A program made the position numbers and the translations under genes. Positions 9,985 through 23,315 of a stretch of DNA of 40,878 bases are shown in pieces. The stretch is from a virus (lineage: Duplodnaviria > Heunggongvirae > Uroviricota > Caudoviricetes), in the IMG/VR virus record IMGVR_UViG_2713896799_000014, positions 1-40,878 of that record, one strand, 5' to 3'. Position 1 is the first letter of the stretch, and the number at the start of each line of letters is the position of its first letter. The notes under the pieces are model-generated. The model saw only the letters and a program-made list of their open reading frames with translations, had not been told where the DNA came from and did not search any database.

Positions 9985-11387
9985 TCCACCGTAAATTGAA
10001 TGCCTGATTTTGAGGTATATGATCCAACCTGATTCCGTGGTTCTCCTGAAGGCGTCGAATCTTGTGCTGGCGCTGCGTCAGTATTCATTGACATATACCG
10101 CTTAACGGCACTCCCCAATGATTCACCTTTTTTAACATCCAACCCCAATATCTGACCGCCATTACGCGATTGTCCAGGGTTGCCATTCGCGCTCATCCAC
10201 TCGGCTTTAAACTCATTAAACTGCGCGTTTCGTCGCTCAAGGTTTGCCATTGCATCAAGCCATCTTGCGACCGTCTCAGGGTTATCCATGTCAGTTGGCG
10301 CACCCTGTCGAACGATCTCAACGTCTTTATCCGTTGCTGGGCCGGGAGGTAGGAATTTAAGAACCTGACTGTTAACAAGGGCATTTTGGCGAATGCGCAA
10401 ATCACGCAATGTCGTATCACTTCCGGTAAGTTTTGCGAACATGTTCTGTGCGTTACCGAACAAACCTGTCGTTGGTTTTTCTGCTCTGAACTGTTGAGCA
10501 AGCGCACTCATAGAATTGGCTGAGTTTGATGATGCTGTGGCATTGTTTACAGCCGTCTCGATGCCTTTTTCCATGTTTACTGACAGCTTAGGTGCTTCGC
10601 TAATCAACTGCTGAGCCTTTTCCTGCGCTTGCTGCATCTTAAACCCGAACTCTTGCTGATCTAGAGCCAAGCGTTGTGCTGCGATATTGTGCCCAGTCAT
10701 TGCTGACTGATAGGAAAGGTTTTGCCCTCTCGCCTGAAGCGCCTCGCCAGCCTGATTGCTGCGGATTGTCTCTGCAAGTTTTCCGCGATCAATCTCACGC
10801 CCAACGATTCTGTCTTGCGCCTGAAAATATTGTTCTGGACCAAGAGCAGCCATCCCAAGGTGATCAACAAACTCACCAAATCCTGAAGGGTTCTGCTGAT
10901 ACATCTGAGCAACGCTGTTAGGGTCAACACCGACGCGAGTCAGTTCCTTGGCGTTGTTTTGCAGCCATGATTGCATCGCTTCTGGAGATGATGACGCAAG
11001 GCGAGCGCCAGCCGCTAATGTGCCGATAGAACTGCGCTGGTCTTCATCAATGAATCCCATGCCTTTACGAACGGATTCAATCTGGTCTGGATATTGAGTA
11101 GCCAACTGACGCAAAGCACCGCGATCACCAGACGCATAAGCATTAGCGTATGCCTGCTGAAATTCTTTCTGCCGCTGAGCCTGCTTTTCCTGCTGAAACA
11201 CCCCCGCAATACCTGAAAGGCCTTGCAAAGCAGTCAGCCCAACATTGTTAGCGCCTGAACGCTCAATATCATTGTTCTGCCTGATAAGCTGAAGCGTATT
11301 GCCGATGTCATTTACGCTCGGAGCGTTTGAGTTGACGCCGCCGATACCAGCCAACAATCCGCCGTTTGTTCCTTGCCAAGTAGCCAT
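9981..11387 (-). CDS. DNA ejection protein (P22 gp20-like)
   Basis: 468 aa, position and size match P22 gene 20. Confidence 0.8.
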   Translation of the reverse strand: MATWQGTNGGLLAGIGGVNSNAPSVNDIGNTLQLIRQNNDIERSGANNVGLTALQGLSGIAGVFQQEKQAQRQKEFQQAYANAYASGDRGALRQLATQYPDQIESVRKGMGFIDEDQRSSIGTLAAGARLASSSPEAMQSWLQNNAKELTRVGVDPNSVAQMYQQNPSGFGEFVDHLGMAALGPEQYFQAQDRIVGREIDRGKLAETIRSNQAGEALQARGQNLSYQSAMTGHNIAAQRLALDQQEFGFKMQQAQEKAQQLISEAPKLSVNMEKGIETAVNNATASSNSANSMSALAQQFRAEKPTTGLFGNAQNMFAKLTGSDTTLRDLRIRQNALVNSQVLKFLPPGPATDKDVEIVRQGAPTDMDNPETVARWLDAMANLERRNAQFNEFKAEWMSANGNPGQSRNGGQILGLDVKKGESLGSAVKRYMSMNTDAAPAQDSTPSGEPRNQVGSYTSKSGIQFTVE

Positions 11388-11396
11388 GATTACCCC

Positions 11397-12089
11397 TTAA
11401 AACAACGAGCCAAGCAATCCGATACCAGCACCAATGCCAGCGCCCCAAGGCGTTGATGTTCCCAAAAGGCTGGCAAGACCTGCACCGGCAATCGCACCAG
11501 ACGTGCCACCGCTAATTGCAGTCTGAAGACTTGATGGTTTATTGGCATTAGCAGCGGCAAGTGCTGCGCTTTGCTGTGCAATGCTGCTCATGTTGTTGGC
11601 GTACGTCTGCCCGGCGTTTGCCTGACCTTGCAGCGCACCAAGCCCAACGTTTGCCAGATTGTTGTAATTGCTCATCTGGTTTGATAACCAAGACTGACCG
11701 AGTGTCGGCGCGATCGTAGCCAGTTGATTGCTTGTGGCTGTCGAACCAAGTCCACCCGTCGCCTCCGCAGCAGCAAGACTCTGGTAACGCGCCTGACCTG
11801 CAAGGTCTTTATACTGCTGAGAGTTGTAATACTGATTAAGTGCCTGCCCCTGACCTTCTAAACTGGAAAGATTCTGCAACTGGTTAACATACTGCTCCGC
11901 AAGAGGCGTGAACGGAGCAAGGTTTTTCATGATCGTCTGCCACTGCTGATTTTGCAGGTCTGCGGCATACTTCTGAGCTTCTGCGGCATACTTTGCACTT
12001 TTATCAGAACTGCCACCTTTCCCGCCTTTTTCAGGGCAATAAGGTTCCTCGCCGCGCAGTTTTCTGCCCAGCTTAAATGCATATAACAT
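11397..12089 (-). CDS. DNA ejection protein (P22 gp7-like)
   Basis: 230 aa, Gly/Ala/Gln-rich C-terminus, position matches P22 gene 7. Confidence 0.7.
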   Translation of the reverse strand: MLYAFKLGRKLRGEEPYCPEKGGKGGSSDKSAKYAAEAQKYAADLQNQQWQTIMKNLAPFTPLAEQYVNQLQNLSSLEGQGQALNQYYNSQQYKDLAGQARYQSLAAAEATGGLGSTATSNQLATIAPTLGQSWLSNQMSNYNNLANVGLGALQGQANAGQTYANNMSSIAQQSAALAAANANKPSSLQTAISGGTSGAIAGAGLASLLGTSTPWGAGIGAGIGLLGSLF

Positions 12090-12091
12090 GG

Positions 12092-12547
12092 CTATCTCCC
12101 GTAATTCAGGAAGTCGATTAGTTCTTCGCGTGTAGCACTGTAAAATGTCACGTCATCCACGCCTTTGAAGTATTTCTTGATGGTTCCTACACGCTTAAGG
12201 CCAATCATTGCGCAGTACATCTGCCCGTGGCGGAATTTGCGTGCAGCGAACGATGTGACGCACTGAACGGTGGTGTTAGTCAGAATGTATCGCCAGAACG
12301 CCAGCCCGATTTCCTTGCTGAAGCCGCGAATCTCTGGCAGGTACATGGCGTGGCAATCGAATGTCAGCGGCTGAATCTCCTGATAGTAAACAATTCCGCC
12401 AAACTGACCGTGCACGTTAACCTCAAAGTAACGGCATTCAGGCTTGTAGTCGTATCCATCACCATTGTTGCTTCCGGCAATAATGTCAGGGTGATTTCCG
12501 ACTGCTTCGATCAGGTCGATGTTTCGCGTTGGTTTGAACTGAATCAT
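12092..12547 (-). CDS. Virion assembly/ejection-associated protein at P22 gene 14 position
   Basis: 151-aa ORF between tail needle and gp7 genes; positional call only. Confidence 0.5.
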   Translation of the reverse strand: MIQFKPTRNIDLIEAVGNHPDIIAGSNNGDGYDYKPECRYFEVNVHGQFGGIVYYQEIQPLTFDCHAMYLPEIRGFSKEIGLAFWRYILTNTTVQCVTSFAARKFRHGQMYCAMIGLKRVGTIKKYFKGVDDVTFYSATREELIDFLNYGR

Positions 12548-13395
12548 TACTGCTCCGCAATGATTTTGATGGTTGTGGCAGTAAACGCCGCACCATTCGA
12601 CTGAATGGTTAACGCGCTGCCATTTGTGGCAAGAAAGCCGTCTTTATCCACGCTGAAGAACGTAGCTAACAGGATGTTATCGGTTGTTGTCGCAGAGTTA
12701 CGACTGCTTACCAGTGTGTCAGGAACAGAACCGGAAAATGTTAGCTGCATTGACCTGTTGGCGGTTCCGCTGGGCCACGTCCCGACGATCGACAGCTTGA
12801 AGAACAAGGTTTTGTTCTCGTTGAACACAACCATCTTGTTGTTAACGGTGTCGAAGAATGGTGCCAACGTGCCGGATGACGGCGTGAGAGTTTTCAGTAG
12901 GCTAACAAGGTTGGTCGGCGCTGTCGGGATGGTTACAGATACGCCAGAGTAAACAACCTCCGACTTCTTGCGAGTAGTGGCATACTCCAGAGCATCGATG
13001 CGCGTTTCATGGTCTGAAACCTGCGACTCCAGCGACTGAACTCTTGTGTCAAGCGACGAAATATCGCTTTCATTCTGAGCTATTCGTGTTTCATGGTCCT
13101 GAAGAGTTGATTCTGCCTGGCTGATTCGCTCCTCATGATTAACAAGCGTTGCTTCCGCAGCAGAAATTCGCTGCTCATGGTCAGCGAGAATCACATCCTG
13201 CTCATCGTTCCTGACTTGTGCGTCATAAGCGCCCTGTCCGGCCTCGTTGGCCTTGTTAGCCACATTACCAACATCAGTACCCTGTGCAATAACGTACAGC
13301 AGATATGACTGCGAGAAGATATTGCGTGGAAGGACTGATGTATCGAGTCGTGTAGCCTGAATGATTACCGGCACATTGAGATTCGAATCCGCCAT
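12547..13395 (-). CDS. Tail needle protein (P22 gp26-like) with non-P22 C-terminal knob
   Basis: N-terminus [43 protein letters not shown] matches P22 gp26; heptad-like coiled-coil repeats; C-terminal domain differs. Confidence 0.85.
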   Translation of the reverse strand: MADSNLNVPVIIQATRLDTSVLPRNIFSQSYLLYVIAQGTDVGNVANKANEAGQGAYDAQVRNDEQDVILADHEQRISAAEATLVNHEERISQAESTLQDHETRIAQNESDISSLDTRVQSLESQVSDHETRIDALEYATTRKKSEVVYSGVSVTIPTAPTNLVSLLKTLTPSSGTLAPFFDTVNNKMVVFNENKTLFFKLSIVGTWPSGTANRSMQLTFSGSVPDTLVSSRNSATTTDNILLATFFSVDKDGFLATNGSALTIQSNGAAFTATTIKIIAEQ

Positions 13396-14813
13396 TACTC
13401 AATCCTTATCTGGCAGCCAGACAGAGTGACAGGTGACTTCGTGATAACGCGCAATTTGAAGCCAATGTTTTTCCTGATGCGCCCTACTCGCTTCCACAAA
13501 ACGCGTTTGTCGTAAACGAACGGTTCATTCTGCTCAATCATCTTTTCACGCCCGTAATTTATGCCGTCAGTGGTTGCAGAGAGAAAAAGGCGGTCAGCGT
13601 ACTGCGCAACGCCAGTGGATGATTCCACCTCCAGATCGAAGCATCTGGCGTTATCCGCTTTGAACAACGGAGTAAACAGCAGGTGTTCCTGCTGCTTGTC
13701 GTACTGGCTGCTGATGTCGAATTGCAATTTCCCGGTCACGGACTCCAGCTTATCGCCGCACGTTATCTGATTGCCTTCATAAATGAAGTCGATAGCGCGG
13801 TACACATCGTCATACAGGCCTGTTTTCAACACACACCATTGCGGACCATTGGCGCTTGAAGATGCGTCGTAAACAAGAACATGGCGCGGCAGGTGAATAA
13901 TCAGCAACTCATGAGCATCAAACCGCAACGATTCCATCACGCCATCAGCCAGTTCATCAGCAGTGTAGGAGCGGAGGATTTTCTCAATGCTCGCGCTGGC
14001 GATTGGTGATACCTGACCGGAGCCGATGATGTATACAGACGGTGCACCTGTTGCCGGATTGCTGATGAACGCATAAGAATCAGCGAATGGCGTTTTGCAG
14101 TAAGTCCCGGCAATACCTTTCTGCACCATCAGCGATGGCTGTGCGACATACAAAGCAGCACCAACGGTGGTTGCACCAGTCAGGGAGAAATATTCAATCG
14201 TCGATGAACCAAAGCAGACGATGAAGTCTCGCCATGTTCCGATGCCGAGGATACCGTCCGGCTGAGACTCGGCACGATATTGTGCGCTGTAACGGTCAGG
14301 ATGCGATTCGTCTTCAAGATCAGTGATAAACCATGAATCTGTACCGTCTTTTGACCACGCATAACGCCCGCGTAAGCGCGTAATGTCACGAACAGAACCT
14401 AACTCATACTGCGTGAATCCGCTGTCTGTAGGCCAGTTTGAGACTGTTTTAACCGTGCCATCATAGCGATACTCGACCAGTTGACCATTAACGCCTACCG
14501 CCTGAGATGTTCGACCATGCGCCATTGATACGCGACCACTTCCGGCGACGTCACCGACTTCACTTTCGCCCTTATACAGCTTGCCACCACATACGCGATA
14601 AACAGCATTCTGCGCCATGTTGTACTCAACGCCGCGAGATACACCGTTCACATCGGAACGTTTGGCAATGCCCGGGAATGAGCGAAGATATCCGCTGCTG
14701 TTGAGGATTTCTTTGGGTGTAGCCAGCATATTCACTGGCAGATAGTCGATATAGTCCGCGTTTCGAAAGTCTTTGCCGACACCTTTCATAAGCGGAAGTT
14801 GCTGAATCGGCAT
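13395..14813 (-). CDS. Tail hub protein (P22 gp10-like)
   Basis: 472 aa, same length and position as P22 gp10. Confidence 0.85.
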   Translation of the reverse strand: MPIQQLPLMKGVGKDFRNADYIDYLPVNMLATPKEILNSSGYLRSFPGIAKRSDVNGVSRGVEYNMAQNAVYRVCGGKLYKGESEVGDVAGSGRVSMAHGRTSQAVGVNGQLVEYRYDGTVKTVSNWPTDSGFTQYELGSVRDITRLRGRYAWSKDGTDSWFITDLEDESHPDRYSAQYRAESQPDGILGIGTWRDFIVCFGSSTIEYFSLTGATTVGAALYVAQPSLMVQKGIAGTYCKTPFADSYAFISNPATGAPSVYIIGSGQVSPIASASIEKILRSYTADELADGVMESLRFDAHELLIIHLPRHVLVYDASSSANGPQWCVLKTGLYDDVYRAIDFIYEGNQITCGDKLESVTGKLQFDISSQYDKQQEHLLFTPLFKADNARCFDLEVESSTGVAQYADRLFLSATTDGINYGREKMIEQNEPFVYDKRVLWKRVGRIRKNIGFKLRVITKSPVTLSGCQIRIE

Positions 14814-15290
14814 TATTCGCTCCCGTTATCGCAAGGTTCCTTTCGCTGGAAGTAATTCCAACCGTTCCACTTCGCCAACTGATTACCGCTACCAACAGGC
14901 ATACGGTTTGGATAACCGGACTTACATTTAGCGGCTTTTGCTCTGTCCATTGCAGACAGTTTGACGAGTCGCTCTTTCCCGTATCTGGCAGTGGTTATAA
15001 GTTTTGCTGACGCTTCCAGCGCATAATCTGGAGCAATGCGGCAGGCAAGGTTGAAAATGACGGCATTGATAGCGTTATTTGATAAACCGTGCTCATCGCC
15101 CGGATCCGGAGCAACATCTGCATCAGCAAAAATGTAGCCAACGTTGATACCAGGTGACGCATCACCGCCAAGCCATTCAGCCATCATCATTTCAAGGTCG
15201 TTGACGCCGTCTTCCATAGACTGCGGTTCGACATCGGTTAACGTGGCATTTGATGCCACACCGAGCTTACGTAATGCCGCAAGAACTAAA

Positions 15291-15313
<23 letters not shown>
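14813..15313 (-). CDS. Tail adaptor protein (P22 gp4-like)
   Basis: 166 aa from internal Met [20 protein letters not shown], aligning with P22 gp4 N-terminus; the longer SQ-repeat start was rejected. Confidence 0.8.
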
Positions 15314-15587
<274 letters not shown>

Positions 15588-15601
15588 GCTTGTCTCCAGA
15601 T

Positions 15602-15623
15602 AAAAAAGGGAGCCGAAGCTCCC
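15602..15623 (-). terminator. Rho-independent terminator downstream of coat gene
   Basis: Minus strand GGGAGC-TTCG-GCTCCC followed by TTTTTT, immediately after coat stop. Confidence 0.7.
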
Positions 15624-15631
15624 TCTGGTTA

Positions 15632-16927
15632 TCACGCGGTCTGGTTAGGCAGACCAACACCAATTGCCTCTGGTCGTACAGCACATGCTGAATACCACAC
15701 AGCAATACGGCACTTACCAGACAGAGTGTTGATATCACCCTGCGTTGCGAAGATGCCGTTAACACCAATACCAGGAATGCTGAAGGAAGACGTTTTCATG
15801 CCAGCAAACAGTTCATGGGTTACCGGGATCGGCTGAGACAGCAGACGGATTGAGTCATCAGCCCAGAACACGTTAGCGGTGGTTGTTGCCACGTTCAGAA
15901 CGTTTACCGGAGTGGTATCAGCAAGAGAGGTGTTTACGTTAGCGTAAGCCTTCTCTTCTTTTGTCAGTGACGCGTCATCAAGCGCAATCGGCTTCGGCGT
16001 GATTTCGATGTGAGTACCATCGATCACACGGGTGATTGAGAAAGTAGCATCATCAGTCAGCACGTTCTTCGCCATCTGAGACAGGAATTTCACACCAGTG
16101 AAGCTGATTTTGTCGCCGCGCTTAAATCCGGTGGTGGAGGATACGGTCACCGTTGCAACACGGTTGTCGACGTTCTCTTTGTTACCATCGGTATCAAGAG
16201 TGTATGCCTGCGGCTTAAACTTCTGCGCACCAGAAACAGTTACACCAGTAGCGGTTGACTTGGTAACTGCCGGAAGTTTCGGTGAGCGAAGAATTTCATC
16301 AAAGCCAGCAATCTGACGCTGAATAGTACCGTTGCGATACGCTTCTTCATGAACGCGCCCGAAGATGTCACCATCTACAAGATTGCGGCCTGCTTTGCGG
16401 TAATCGTCAGGGTTCAGGAAGTAACTGATACCCATGTCGCGGTTGAGTTCGCGGGAGAACATCAGTCGCTCTGCATCAGACACAAAATCCCAGCCAGACA
16501 GGCCAGTAGATGGACCAATTGCGCGGGTATCGTGAACAACAAGCGAGCCCATTTCAGTTGCCTGTTTGGCAATCGCTGACTCAATGTTATTCGCCAGTTT
16601 TTTGGCGGATGCCTGGATGCGGCGACGGTAAGAACGCTCATCACGCAGGTCATCTGCACGAAGCTCGAAGAAATCGTTATCCGGATCGCCCATGTTGCAT
16701 TTCACGGACAGCTCCAGAATCCCGGTTGCGTTGCCAGTTAAATCCCAGCCAGTCTGAGTTGGCGCTTCCTGCTCAACAGGCATCCACACGGTGTTGCTTG
16801 AACGTTGCATGGATTCTGCCGGAGGGGTGTATTTTGTCACTTTGGATGCCATTGGCGTCAGGTTCTGGACGGTTTCGATGATTTCATCCAGAGCATACGT
16901 GACCAGTTGACCTTCATTTAATGCCAT
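15632..16927 (-). CDS. Major coat protein (P22 gp5-like)
   Basis: 431 aa, size and position match P22 coat. Confidence 0.9.
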   Translation of the reverse strand: MALNEGQLVTYALDEIIETVQNLTPMASKVTKYTPPAESMQRSSNTVWMPVEQEAPTQTGWDLTGNATGILELSVKCNMGDPDNDFFELRADDLRDERSYRRRIQASAKKLANNIESAIAKQATEMGSLVVHDTRAIGPSTGLSGWDFVSDAERLMFSRELNRDMGISYFLNPDDYRKAGRNLVDGDIFGRVHEEAYRNGTIQRQIAGFDEILRSPKLPAVTKSTATGVTVSGAQKFKPQAYTLDTDGNKENVDNRVATVTVSSTTGFKRGDKISFTGVKFLSQMAKNVLTDDATFSITRVIDGTHIEITPKPIALDDASLTKEEKAYANVNTSLADTTPVNVLNVATTTANVFWADDSIRLLSQPIPVTHELFAGMKTSSFSIPGIGVNGIFATQGDINTLSGKCRIAVWYSACAVRPEAIGVGLPNQTA

Positions 16928-17838
16928 TATCGAATTCCTTTATTCAGTTGCGCCTTGAGCTTGCGGTACGTCTCTACATCCCCTTTGTTTGCTGCCGCTT
17001 CCATCTGCTTTTCAATCGCAGAGATATTTGCAGCAACAGCGTGCCCCTGAATGGGTTCATCAGGTAACGGGGCTTCTGAAACAGGCTTGGCTCGAGGCTT
17101 GAGAGTTAAACGTTCTGACAGTCGAGTGAGTTCAATCAGCGCGGATTGCCCGTCCATCGCCAGCAACTGGCGTGTTTTCTCAGGATTAGCACCAAGGTGA
17201 TACATGAGTGCAGCGGATTTCTCCGGGAAGAGGCGCATGATGTCGGCGCCGACTGCTGGCGGCACCAGTTGCATGAATGCATCCTCTTTCTCCTGATAGT
17301 CAGGGATATTGAGCTTTTCCGCTGCGTCGTAGTGCTTACGGGCTGCCTCGACGTATTGCGCTGATTGCTGGGTGAACTCCTGAGTTTTGCGACCCTGCTC
17401 GGCGACAGCCTGGCTTCGTGCGTCCATAGCCTTGATCTGCCATTCACTGTTTGCCTGCTGGAAGGCAGCCAGTGCGCGGCTCTGGTCATAGTCGTACTTA
17501 GCCAGTGCATCTTCGGAAAGATAATCGTTAGGGTCTGGTTGTTTTGGTAACTCAGGGTTCACCCGCAGGTGCTCCGGCAACTCTCCACGCTTAACCGCTT
17601 CCATCTGCTGCTCAAGCTCACGCTGGCGTTTGCGTTCGATGCGGCGACGGGCAAATTCAGCATTAGTTGCCGGGTCTTGTTTTGGTTTCTCATCGTCTTT
17701 CAGGACAATCTCAAAGCCTTCTTCCTGACCTGCGCTGTCGTTGGCATTATCGACAACTAAGCCATCAGCAGATGCCGCTGCATGATTGCCGGGCAGGGTT
17801 AATTCTTCAGAAGCCTGAATGTCGGTGGTTTGGTCCAT
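16927..17838 (-). CDS. Scaffolding protein (P22 gp8-like)
   Basis: 303 aa; sequence closely matches my recollection of P22 gp8. Confidence 0.9.
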   Translation of the reverse strand: MDQTTDIQASEELTLPGNHAAASADGLVVDNANDSAGQEEGFEIVLKDDEKPKQDPATNAEFARRRIERKRQRELEQQMEAVKRGELPEHLRVNPELPKQPDPNDYLSEDALAKYDYDQSRALAAFQQANSEWQIKAMDARSQAVAEQGRKTQEFTQQSAQYVEAARKHYDAAEKLNIPDYQEKEDAFMQLVPPAVGADIMRLFPEKSAALMYHLGANPEKTRQLLAMDGQSALIELTRLSERLTLKPRAKPVSEAPLPDEPIQGHAVAANISAIEKQMEAAANKGDVETYRKLKAQLNKGIR

Positions 17839-17851
17839 GATTAACTCTCTC

Positions 17852-20017
17852 TTATTGAGGTGTCTCGGCTACTCCGCCGGAGGGGATTTGAACTTGACGC
17901 ATAAGATTCGCGAAATCCATGCGTTGTGAATGAGTCTGGTCTGCATCTTTAAGAAGCAGCTCAGCGTTAGCACGAGCATCTTTGCTGCGCTGTTGCTGGA
18001 ATTGACCTACGAGCTTGAGGTACTCACGCAGTTCTGCCTGCTTGTCGAGGTCCATATTGTTGAAGATCTCTGCGATCTTCGCGGCGTTGAGTTGGTTTTG
18101 GGCTTCAACCTTGGCGGCTTCAACCTGAATCTGCGCCTGTTGGTTCTCTGCCTTGAGCAATTCAGCCTGACCTTGCAGAAGGATACCCTGCGCCTGAATT
18201 TGCTCTGCTGATGGCTGCTGCGGCTGTTGTTGTGCCTGCTGCACCATCTCCATCTCTTCAGGTGTTTCTGGTTTCTTCAGCCCCATCATCACCAGTTGCT
18301 TGTTCGCGTACTCTCGCATCATCTCGACGCCTTTACCGTCAAGCATCGTGAAGTATTGCAGCATCAGCATCTGGAACTCTGGAGTGCCTTGCGGAACCTT
18401 GGTGAGCAACTCCTGAATCTCTGCGCGGTTCTGTTCCTTCATACTCTGGAAGGATGGTCCGACGTCTGTATAGCACTCATAGCGACCGCGAATGTCGTTG
18501 AGTGTGACCACATTGCCGGACTGGTAATCGACAACTTGCGCATAGAGTTGAACGTCTTTCTCGCTTCCATCTTCAAGTGTCAGCGTTACATGACGAGGAA
18601 CGTCATAAATATCGTTGACCATTGAGGCATAAATCTCGCCATCACGTCGCATTGCGGTAGCCAGGTTATCCTGAAACACGTATGTCTCAAGGTCTGCCCG
18701 CATGTTCAGTTGATTGACGGTATCGAAAGCGACCTGAGAGTTTGCTGCCTGCGCATCCACACCAAGACTAGCCACCTCTTTCACTGCGTTGGTGGCAGCC
18801 TCAAGCATATAAGCGTTGGCTTGCGGCACTTCAGGGTTTTCCATGTAGGAGATTGGACCAATCGGCAGGTCGTTACCGTTTTCATCGGTCCTGTTCTGCA
18901 GATAGTACGGATAGTCATCATTTCCACCGTACATGTATTCGTAGCCTTCGATTTGCTCAGGGAAGAAGGTCGGTTTCTTCTTCGGTGAGCGAGCAACAAT
19001 ATCGGCGTTGAATGACATGATCATGTTACGAAGGCGTTGACCGTCTTTCGTCAGCCTTACCACTCCTTCGTAGCACTCCTTGTCACCAGCGAATGACCAT
19101 TCGCCATACACTGGAACGATTGGAATATGCTCTCCAGCTATCTTCTCGCGGTCTTTCAGTATCTGCGTGCAGGTGATGATCGACTTATACACACGCCGAC
19201 GCTTCACCTTGCGCTCTGCTACCTTAATGAATCCACGATTAGCCAGGTCGTCGATGACGTCTTTGATATCCTGCTGGTAATAGCTGACCGGCTCACCTGT
19301 CAGCGGGTCGCGGTAGATGAAGACCTTCTCCTTCTTCTCTTCTACCTCGTAATACTCAGCGACATAGACGACATCATTCGATACCCACGGGAACAGCCAT
19401 GTATCGTTCGGATTCTGGAAAGATGGCAAGGTGTCCGGATCAATACCGTAATCCTCTGCGAACTCTTTCCAGCCATTGCGCGACAAGGCGTTAATCACCG
19501 TGCAGTGCTTAGCGTCGCTCTTATCCATCTGCTTGCTGTTGGCGTCCCATATGACGTGTGAGCAGGCTTCATGAATTGGCAGGCGTCGAATTACCTGATT
19601 GTTGCTTGTTGGGTCGTTGTCTTCGTACTGGGTGACCAGACGCCATGCACCAACGCCGGACTCTATCTGCTCACGAACGCCAACGTTAACGGCAATCTTT
19701 GCCGTGTTATGGCGCATATCAGTACGATACATCCCCATCAACACATCGGCTGCATCAGGATTAGCGCCGTCTTTTGGTCTGAATAGAACGTCGATAGGGT
19801 TCCGGCGCATCTCTGCGACCAGTTTCCTGACCACCGGGCGAACAACATCGAATTGTCCGCGATATTGCAGGGTGGTGTAGTTTGATAGCCAGTCATCCCA
19901 TTGCGACACTCGGCTAAAATACAGGTCATTTGTTGCCTCGGTTCTGGCTTCATCGCTCGCCATCCAGTCCGCGTCAAACTTACACAGAATGGAATTGAGT
20001 CTGTTTTCGTCGGCCAT
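17852..20017 (-). CDS. Portal protein (P22 gp1-like)
   Basis: 721 aa with Gln-rich C-terminal barrel region; position after large terminase. Confidence 0.9.
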   Translation of the reverse strand: MADENRLNSILCKFDADWMASDEARTEATNDLYFSRVSQWDDWLSNYTTLQYRGQFDVVRPVVRKLVAEMRRNPIDVLFRPKDGANPDAADVLMGMYRTDMRHNTAKIAVNVGVREQIESGVGAWRLVTQYEDNDPTSNNQVIRRLPIHEACSHVIWDANSKQMDKSDAKHCTVINALSRNGWKEFAEDYGIDPDTLPSFQNPNDTWLFPWVSNDVVYVAEYYEVEEKKEKVFIYRDPLTGEPVSYYQQDIKDVIDDLANRGFIKVAERKVKRRRVYKSIITCTQILKDREKIAGEHIPIVPVYGEWSFAGDKECYEGVVRLTKDGQRLRNMIMSFNADIVARSPKKKPTFFPEQIEGYEYMYGGNDDYPYYLQNRTDENGNDLPIGPISYMENPEVPQANAYMLEAATNAVKEVASLGVDAQAANSQVAFDTVNQLNMRADLETYVFQDNLATAMRRDGEIYASMVNDIYDVPRHVTLTLEDGSEKDVQLYAQVVDYQSGNVVTLNDIRGRYECYTDVGPSFQSMKEQNRAEIQELLTKVPQGTPEFQMLMLQYFTMLDGKGVEMMREYANKQLVMMGLKKPETPEEMEMVQQAQQQPQQPSAEQIQAQGILLQGQAELLKAENQQAQIQVEAAKVEAQNQLNAAKIAEIFNNMDLDKQAELREYLKLVGQFQQQRSKDARANAELLLKDADQTHSQRMDFANLMRQVQIPSGGVAETPQ

Positions 20018-21517
20018 TTAAGTTCTCCGTGCGATGGGCCTGATTGGGGCTGGTATCTTTTTCTCTTTTGGTTTTTTGATGTCGCGCATCATTTTGGCGA
20101 AGCGGCGCATCATGTATGCATAGCGAACGGCTGAGAGAACGTCGTCGTTAAGCTTGACGATCTTCCCGTTTTCATCACGGTGATAGAGGCGGAACTCCTC
20201 AAAGAATGGCTCACAGGTGTTGAATACTTTGAAGCGACCATCGAGCATCATGTCGCGCAATTCAGTGATGCCAGGCTCAACAGCATTACCGCCATCAGGC
20301 CATGTCGCATGCTCCTGTAACATCATAAATCCAGCGTCTGCATACTGCCCTTTGAGCTGCTCACCGCCGCCCTTCTCATGCTGGTTTCCGTCATGAGGCC
20401 ATGCGGTTGGCACTTTATGCGCCCATGATTTAACGGCTCCCCATGCCTGAACGGCTGTCTTTTCTTTCGCCTTCCACACGCGTGAAACGTAGATTGTGTC
20501 TGCGTCCTTATCCCACCAAAGCTGAACCTGCGCCTGCGGGTGATCCCATCCGAAATCCATCCCGCCAATTACGTAGAAGTGATCAGGACACTCGAACGGC
20601 TGACACTTAATCGTTTCTTCCGGTATCTGGAAGATTCGACCACTACCCATCGTAGGAATACCGCGAGCACGCGCCTCTCTCTCATGCTCAGGATAGGATG
20701 CGATGATTTGCTCTTTCTGCTCGTCGGTGTAGTGCTCAGCGTCATAGATGGTCATGTTGACCACTTTCTGCGACTTGCTGGGATTCTTCAGGAACTTGGT
20801 AACAACGTCAGACATCCCCATCAGCGGGGTAAACGTCAGAATTGAGAATTGACCGTATTTGTTGGTACGGGTAAGACCTTCGCCATAAATGCTGTATGGT
20901 GGCTCTTCGTCAAACCACACACCGTGGATTGTGTCACCCTGCCAGCGAGCGCGGCCTTGCGAGTATGGTTTGAAGTAGCAGATTGAAATGCCATCTTCAA
21001 CGCCATCAGCCGTGTGATGCTTAACCAGAAGATGATCAACAAGGTTCGGAAAGAAAGGAGACTTCTTCCAGCTAATGATGTCCTCTTTCGGTATTGAACC
21101 GTAGCCCGGCTCATCATTCTCTTCAATACGACCGCACAGGATGCGTTGAGTCGTTTTGGTTACAGTCTCGTTTGTCTCGCCGCCAATCCAGAAGACAACA
21201 GGCTCATAGAAACGCTTACCTTTCCACTCACCGCCATATTTACCATCAGCAGGATAGCCTTTTGTGCCAGGATAACGCCCTGTAAGGTGAAACGCGACTT
21301 CAGCAGCACCAGTAAATGACTTACCAAGCTGGTTACCAGCCATAAAACAGCGCTCTGGATAGTCATGACCGGCGTCGATGAACTCACGCTGTTTGCTGTA
21401 TGGCGTAAATTCATATAGCAGGTGTGTGTTACGATAGTTCTCTTCTTCTTCGAGTAGCTCGAGCAATTCTATTTGCTCTTCGTCGCTCAGGTTATCAAGA
21501 ATCGCGTCCAGTTCCAC
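20018..21517 (-). CDS. Terminase large subunit (P22 gp2-like)
   Basis: 499 aa, same length as P22 gp2; overlaps small terminase 3' end. Confidence 0.9.
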   Translation of the reverse strand: MELDAILDNLSDEEQIELLELLEEEENYRNTHLLYEFTPYSKQREFIDAGHDYPERCFMAGNQLGKSFTGAAEVAFHLTGRYPGTKGYPADGKYGGEWKGKRFYEPVVFWIGGETNETVTKTTQRILCGRIEENDEPGYGSIPKEDIISWKKSPFFPNLVDHLLVKHHTADGVEDGISICYFKPYSQGRARWQGDTIHGVWFDEEPPYSIYGEGLTRTNKYGQFSILTFTPLMGMSDVVTKFLKNPSKSQKVVNMTIYDAEHYTDEQKEQIIASYPEHEREARARGIPTMGSGRIFQIPEETIKCQPFECPDHFYVIGGMDFGWDHPQAQVQLWWDKDADTIYVSRVWKAKEKTAVQAWGAVKSWAHKVPTAWPHDGNQHEKGGGEQLKGQYADAGFMMLQEHATWPDGGNAVEPGITELRDMMLDGRFKVFNTCEPFFEEFRLYHRDENGKIVKLNDDVLSAVRYAYMMRRFAKMMRDIKKPKEKKIPAPIRPIARRT

Positions 21518-21983
21518 GGTTGAATAGCTCCTTGATACGAGAGCGCCGCTTATCGCGATCTCCCTTATCAGGTGTCACGTCTTCAACTTGCGACTGCTCT
21601 TTGAGGCCCAAATCACGGGCGATGATGTTAGCGTTGAGAAGGTCAGCGGCTGCGCCAGAGAATTTCTGGTCGTAGATGATGTCTTCCGCTCGTGATGTGA
21701 CGTCAGAAAAACCTTCCATTGACCGGAAGGTTCCCCATGTTTGTCTGGTGATATCAAGGAAGGTACACAATCCTGAAATAGTCATGGCTCGCATCTTAGG
21801 GACATTAGCCTTAATTATTTCTCCCTGATATGAAAATACCTTACCCTCCCATAGCGGGTTATCATCAGCCCACTCGAAGTATTCACAACAAGCAGCCCAC
21901 AGCGCCTCAGGCGATTCGAATTTAGGGTTTCGCCCATGACTACTGCGGGCCTCCCAAAATCGGTTGCCCTTTGGTGCTGCCAT
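21495..21983 (-). CDS. Terminase small subunit (P22 gp3-like)
   Basis: 162 aa from [38 protein letters not shown], matching P22 gp3 N-terminus. Confidence 0.85.
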   Translation of the reverse strand: MAAPKGNRFWEARSSHGRNPKFESPEALWAACCEYFEWADDNPLWEGKVFSYQGEIIKANVPKMRAMTISGLCTFLDITRQTWGTFRSMEGFSDVTSRAEDIIYDQKFSGAAADLLNANIIARDLGLKEQSQVEDVTPDKGDRDKRRSRIKELFNRGTGRDS

Positions 21984-22015
21984 ATTCATCTCACTTATTT
22001 GTTATTTCAGGCTGA

Positions 22016-22186
22016 TGACTCTTTCGCGCTTTCAATCAGTGACTGCTTCAGCAATTCGAGTGTTCCAATCTCCTCGCATAAACTGATTTCACCATCGTAA
22101 TCATGAATGACGCTTTCCAGTCGCTCGTATAGCTCTTGAGTAATTGGGAATTTCTTCTCCTTACCCAAATTGATTACGCGGCTCAC
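22016..22186 (-). CDS. Small hypothetical protein (GTG start)
   Basis: 56-aa ORF below the track length cut-off; GGAG 6 nt upstream of GTG; sits between the 80-aa ORF and small terminase. Confidence 0.25.
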
Positions 22187-22187
22187 A

Positions 22188-22430
22188 TCATGCTCCGGTA
22201 GTGAACAGGTCTAACGCTTCCTTAGATTTACGCACCGCTTCGATAGTGCGGGTCGTGATATCCGAATTAGCGCCGCCTGACTGGAAGTGAATTTTGAATA
22301 GCTCAAGCTTCAGCTCGTCAGTGCCAATAAACTGAAATGCTTCTTCTGCGGCTGCGTTCTGGTTCATGACCAGTTTATAAATCTCTAACTGGAATTTCTG
22401 TTCTTCAGTCATGGGAATAATCTCTGCCAT
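22188..22430 (-). CDS. Hypothetical protein, 80 aa, between lysis cassette and terminase
   Basis: ORF on late-operon strand; no family recognised. Confidence 0.5.
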   Translation of the reverse strand: MAEIIPMTEEQKFQLEIYKLVMNQNAAAEEAFQFIGTDELKLELFKIHFQSGGANSDITTRTIEAVRKSKEALDLFTTGA

Positions 22431-22877
22431 TGTTGGCTCCGTTTATCCGTTAAAAGGGATATCAGTTAAGTTATCCCGTGTAGGGTATAAGCCATTGTCG
22501 AGACCACTCATTGAATGGCCTCTGCAATAACCGATGTCTTTCCATCAGTCCGCCACCACAAAGAATCTTTTTTGCCATAAGGCAGGAGGTTCATCTTTCA
22601 GTGGCTGCCAGTGTTATTTTCCCACTTTCTGGCTTGGGTTGTTTCGCTGTACTGCCGTAACTGGTTACCCAGAATAAATTCCGGTTTCATTATCAAGCCC
22701 ACCCGTAGATGGGCTTTGTAATGAACTGGCTCTTATCTCAACGCAGCCCCTTACCGCGCGCCAGATGCTCAACTTCAAGCATCAGCAATGAGATGTTTAA
22801 TCTGGATTCACTCCAGAAGTGATCACCACCCTGTCTACAGAGCCAGATGTGAAGGATGATGAGTAAAATTATCGCTA

Positions 22878-23315
22878 TCATCGAAGGCATTGCGTCCTGA
22901 TGTATTCCTGCAAGTAGTTAACCTGCGCGGTTATCCTGTCGATTCCACTTCGGAGACGGTAATAATTGAGTTCAGCATCTGCTGTAAGTCCTGGGCTTTC
23001 TCCATCGCCCATGCTGCTGGCTCCGGTCGTTGACTTTGCACAGGTGGCGGCGACTTGCAGGCGCTTACGACCAGCAGAAACATCAGCACGGAGACTTTCG
23101 ATAGTCGCGTTAGCATCAGCAAGTTCCTTTGTATATCTTGCGTCGAGTTCTGCTACATCACGTTGACGCTTCTGCATATCAGCGATGATGGATGTGGCTT
23201 TATCGCGCTGTTCTTTGTAGGCGATGGCGTTATCACGGTAATGATTAACAGCCCATGACAGGCAGACGATGATGCAGATAACCAGAGCAGAGATAATCGC
23301 GGTGACTCTGCTCAT
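22878..23315 (-). CDS. Rz: Spanin inner-membrane subunit Rz
   Basis: N-terminus [31 protein letters not shown] matches lambda Rz; single N-terminal TM segment. Confidence 0.85.
   Translation of the reverse strand: MSRVTAIISALVICIIVCLSWAVNHYRDNAIAYKEQRDKATSIIADMQKRQRDVAELDARYTKELADANATIESLRADVSAGRKRLQVAATCAKSTTGASSMGDGESPGLTADAELNYYRLRSGIDRITAQVNYLQEYIRTQCLR
22931..23122 (-). CDS. Rz1: Spanin outer-membrane lipoprotein subunit Rz1, embedded in Rz in +1 frame
   Basis: Embedded ORF with lipobox LVVSAC and Pro-rich mature region. Confidence 0.7.
   Translation of the reverse strand: MLMLTRLSKVSVLMFLLVVSACKSPPPVQSQRPEPAAWAMEKAQDLQQMLNSIITVSEVESTG

Noticed and set aside
12227-12952. Plus-strand ORFs of 125 and 115 aa opposite the gp14/gp26 genes
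   Set aside because: Antisense to conserved virion genes with no independent start signals.
17930-19561. Several plus-strand ORFs of 60-144 aa inside the portal gene
   Set aside because: Antisense to a long, well-supported structural gene; no RBS and low-complexity Leu/Arg-rich translations typical of antisense frames.
22431-22877. About 450-bp gap between Rz and the 80-aa ORF with a 33-aa plus-strand ORF and a hairpin (AAGCCCA...TGGGCTT)
   Set aside because: No ORF with a credible RBS; the hairpin lacks a T-run on either strand. Probably a decayed moron or regulatory spacer, but I cannot support a specific call.
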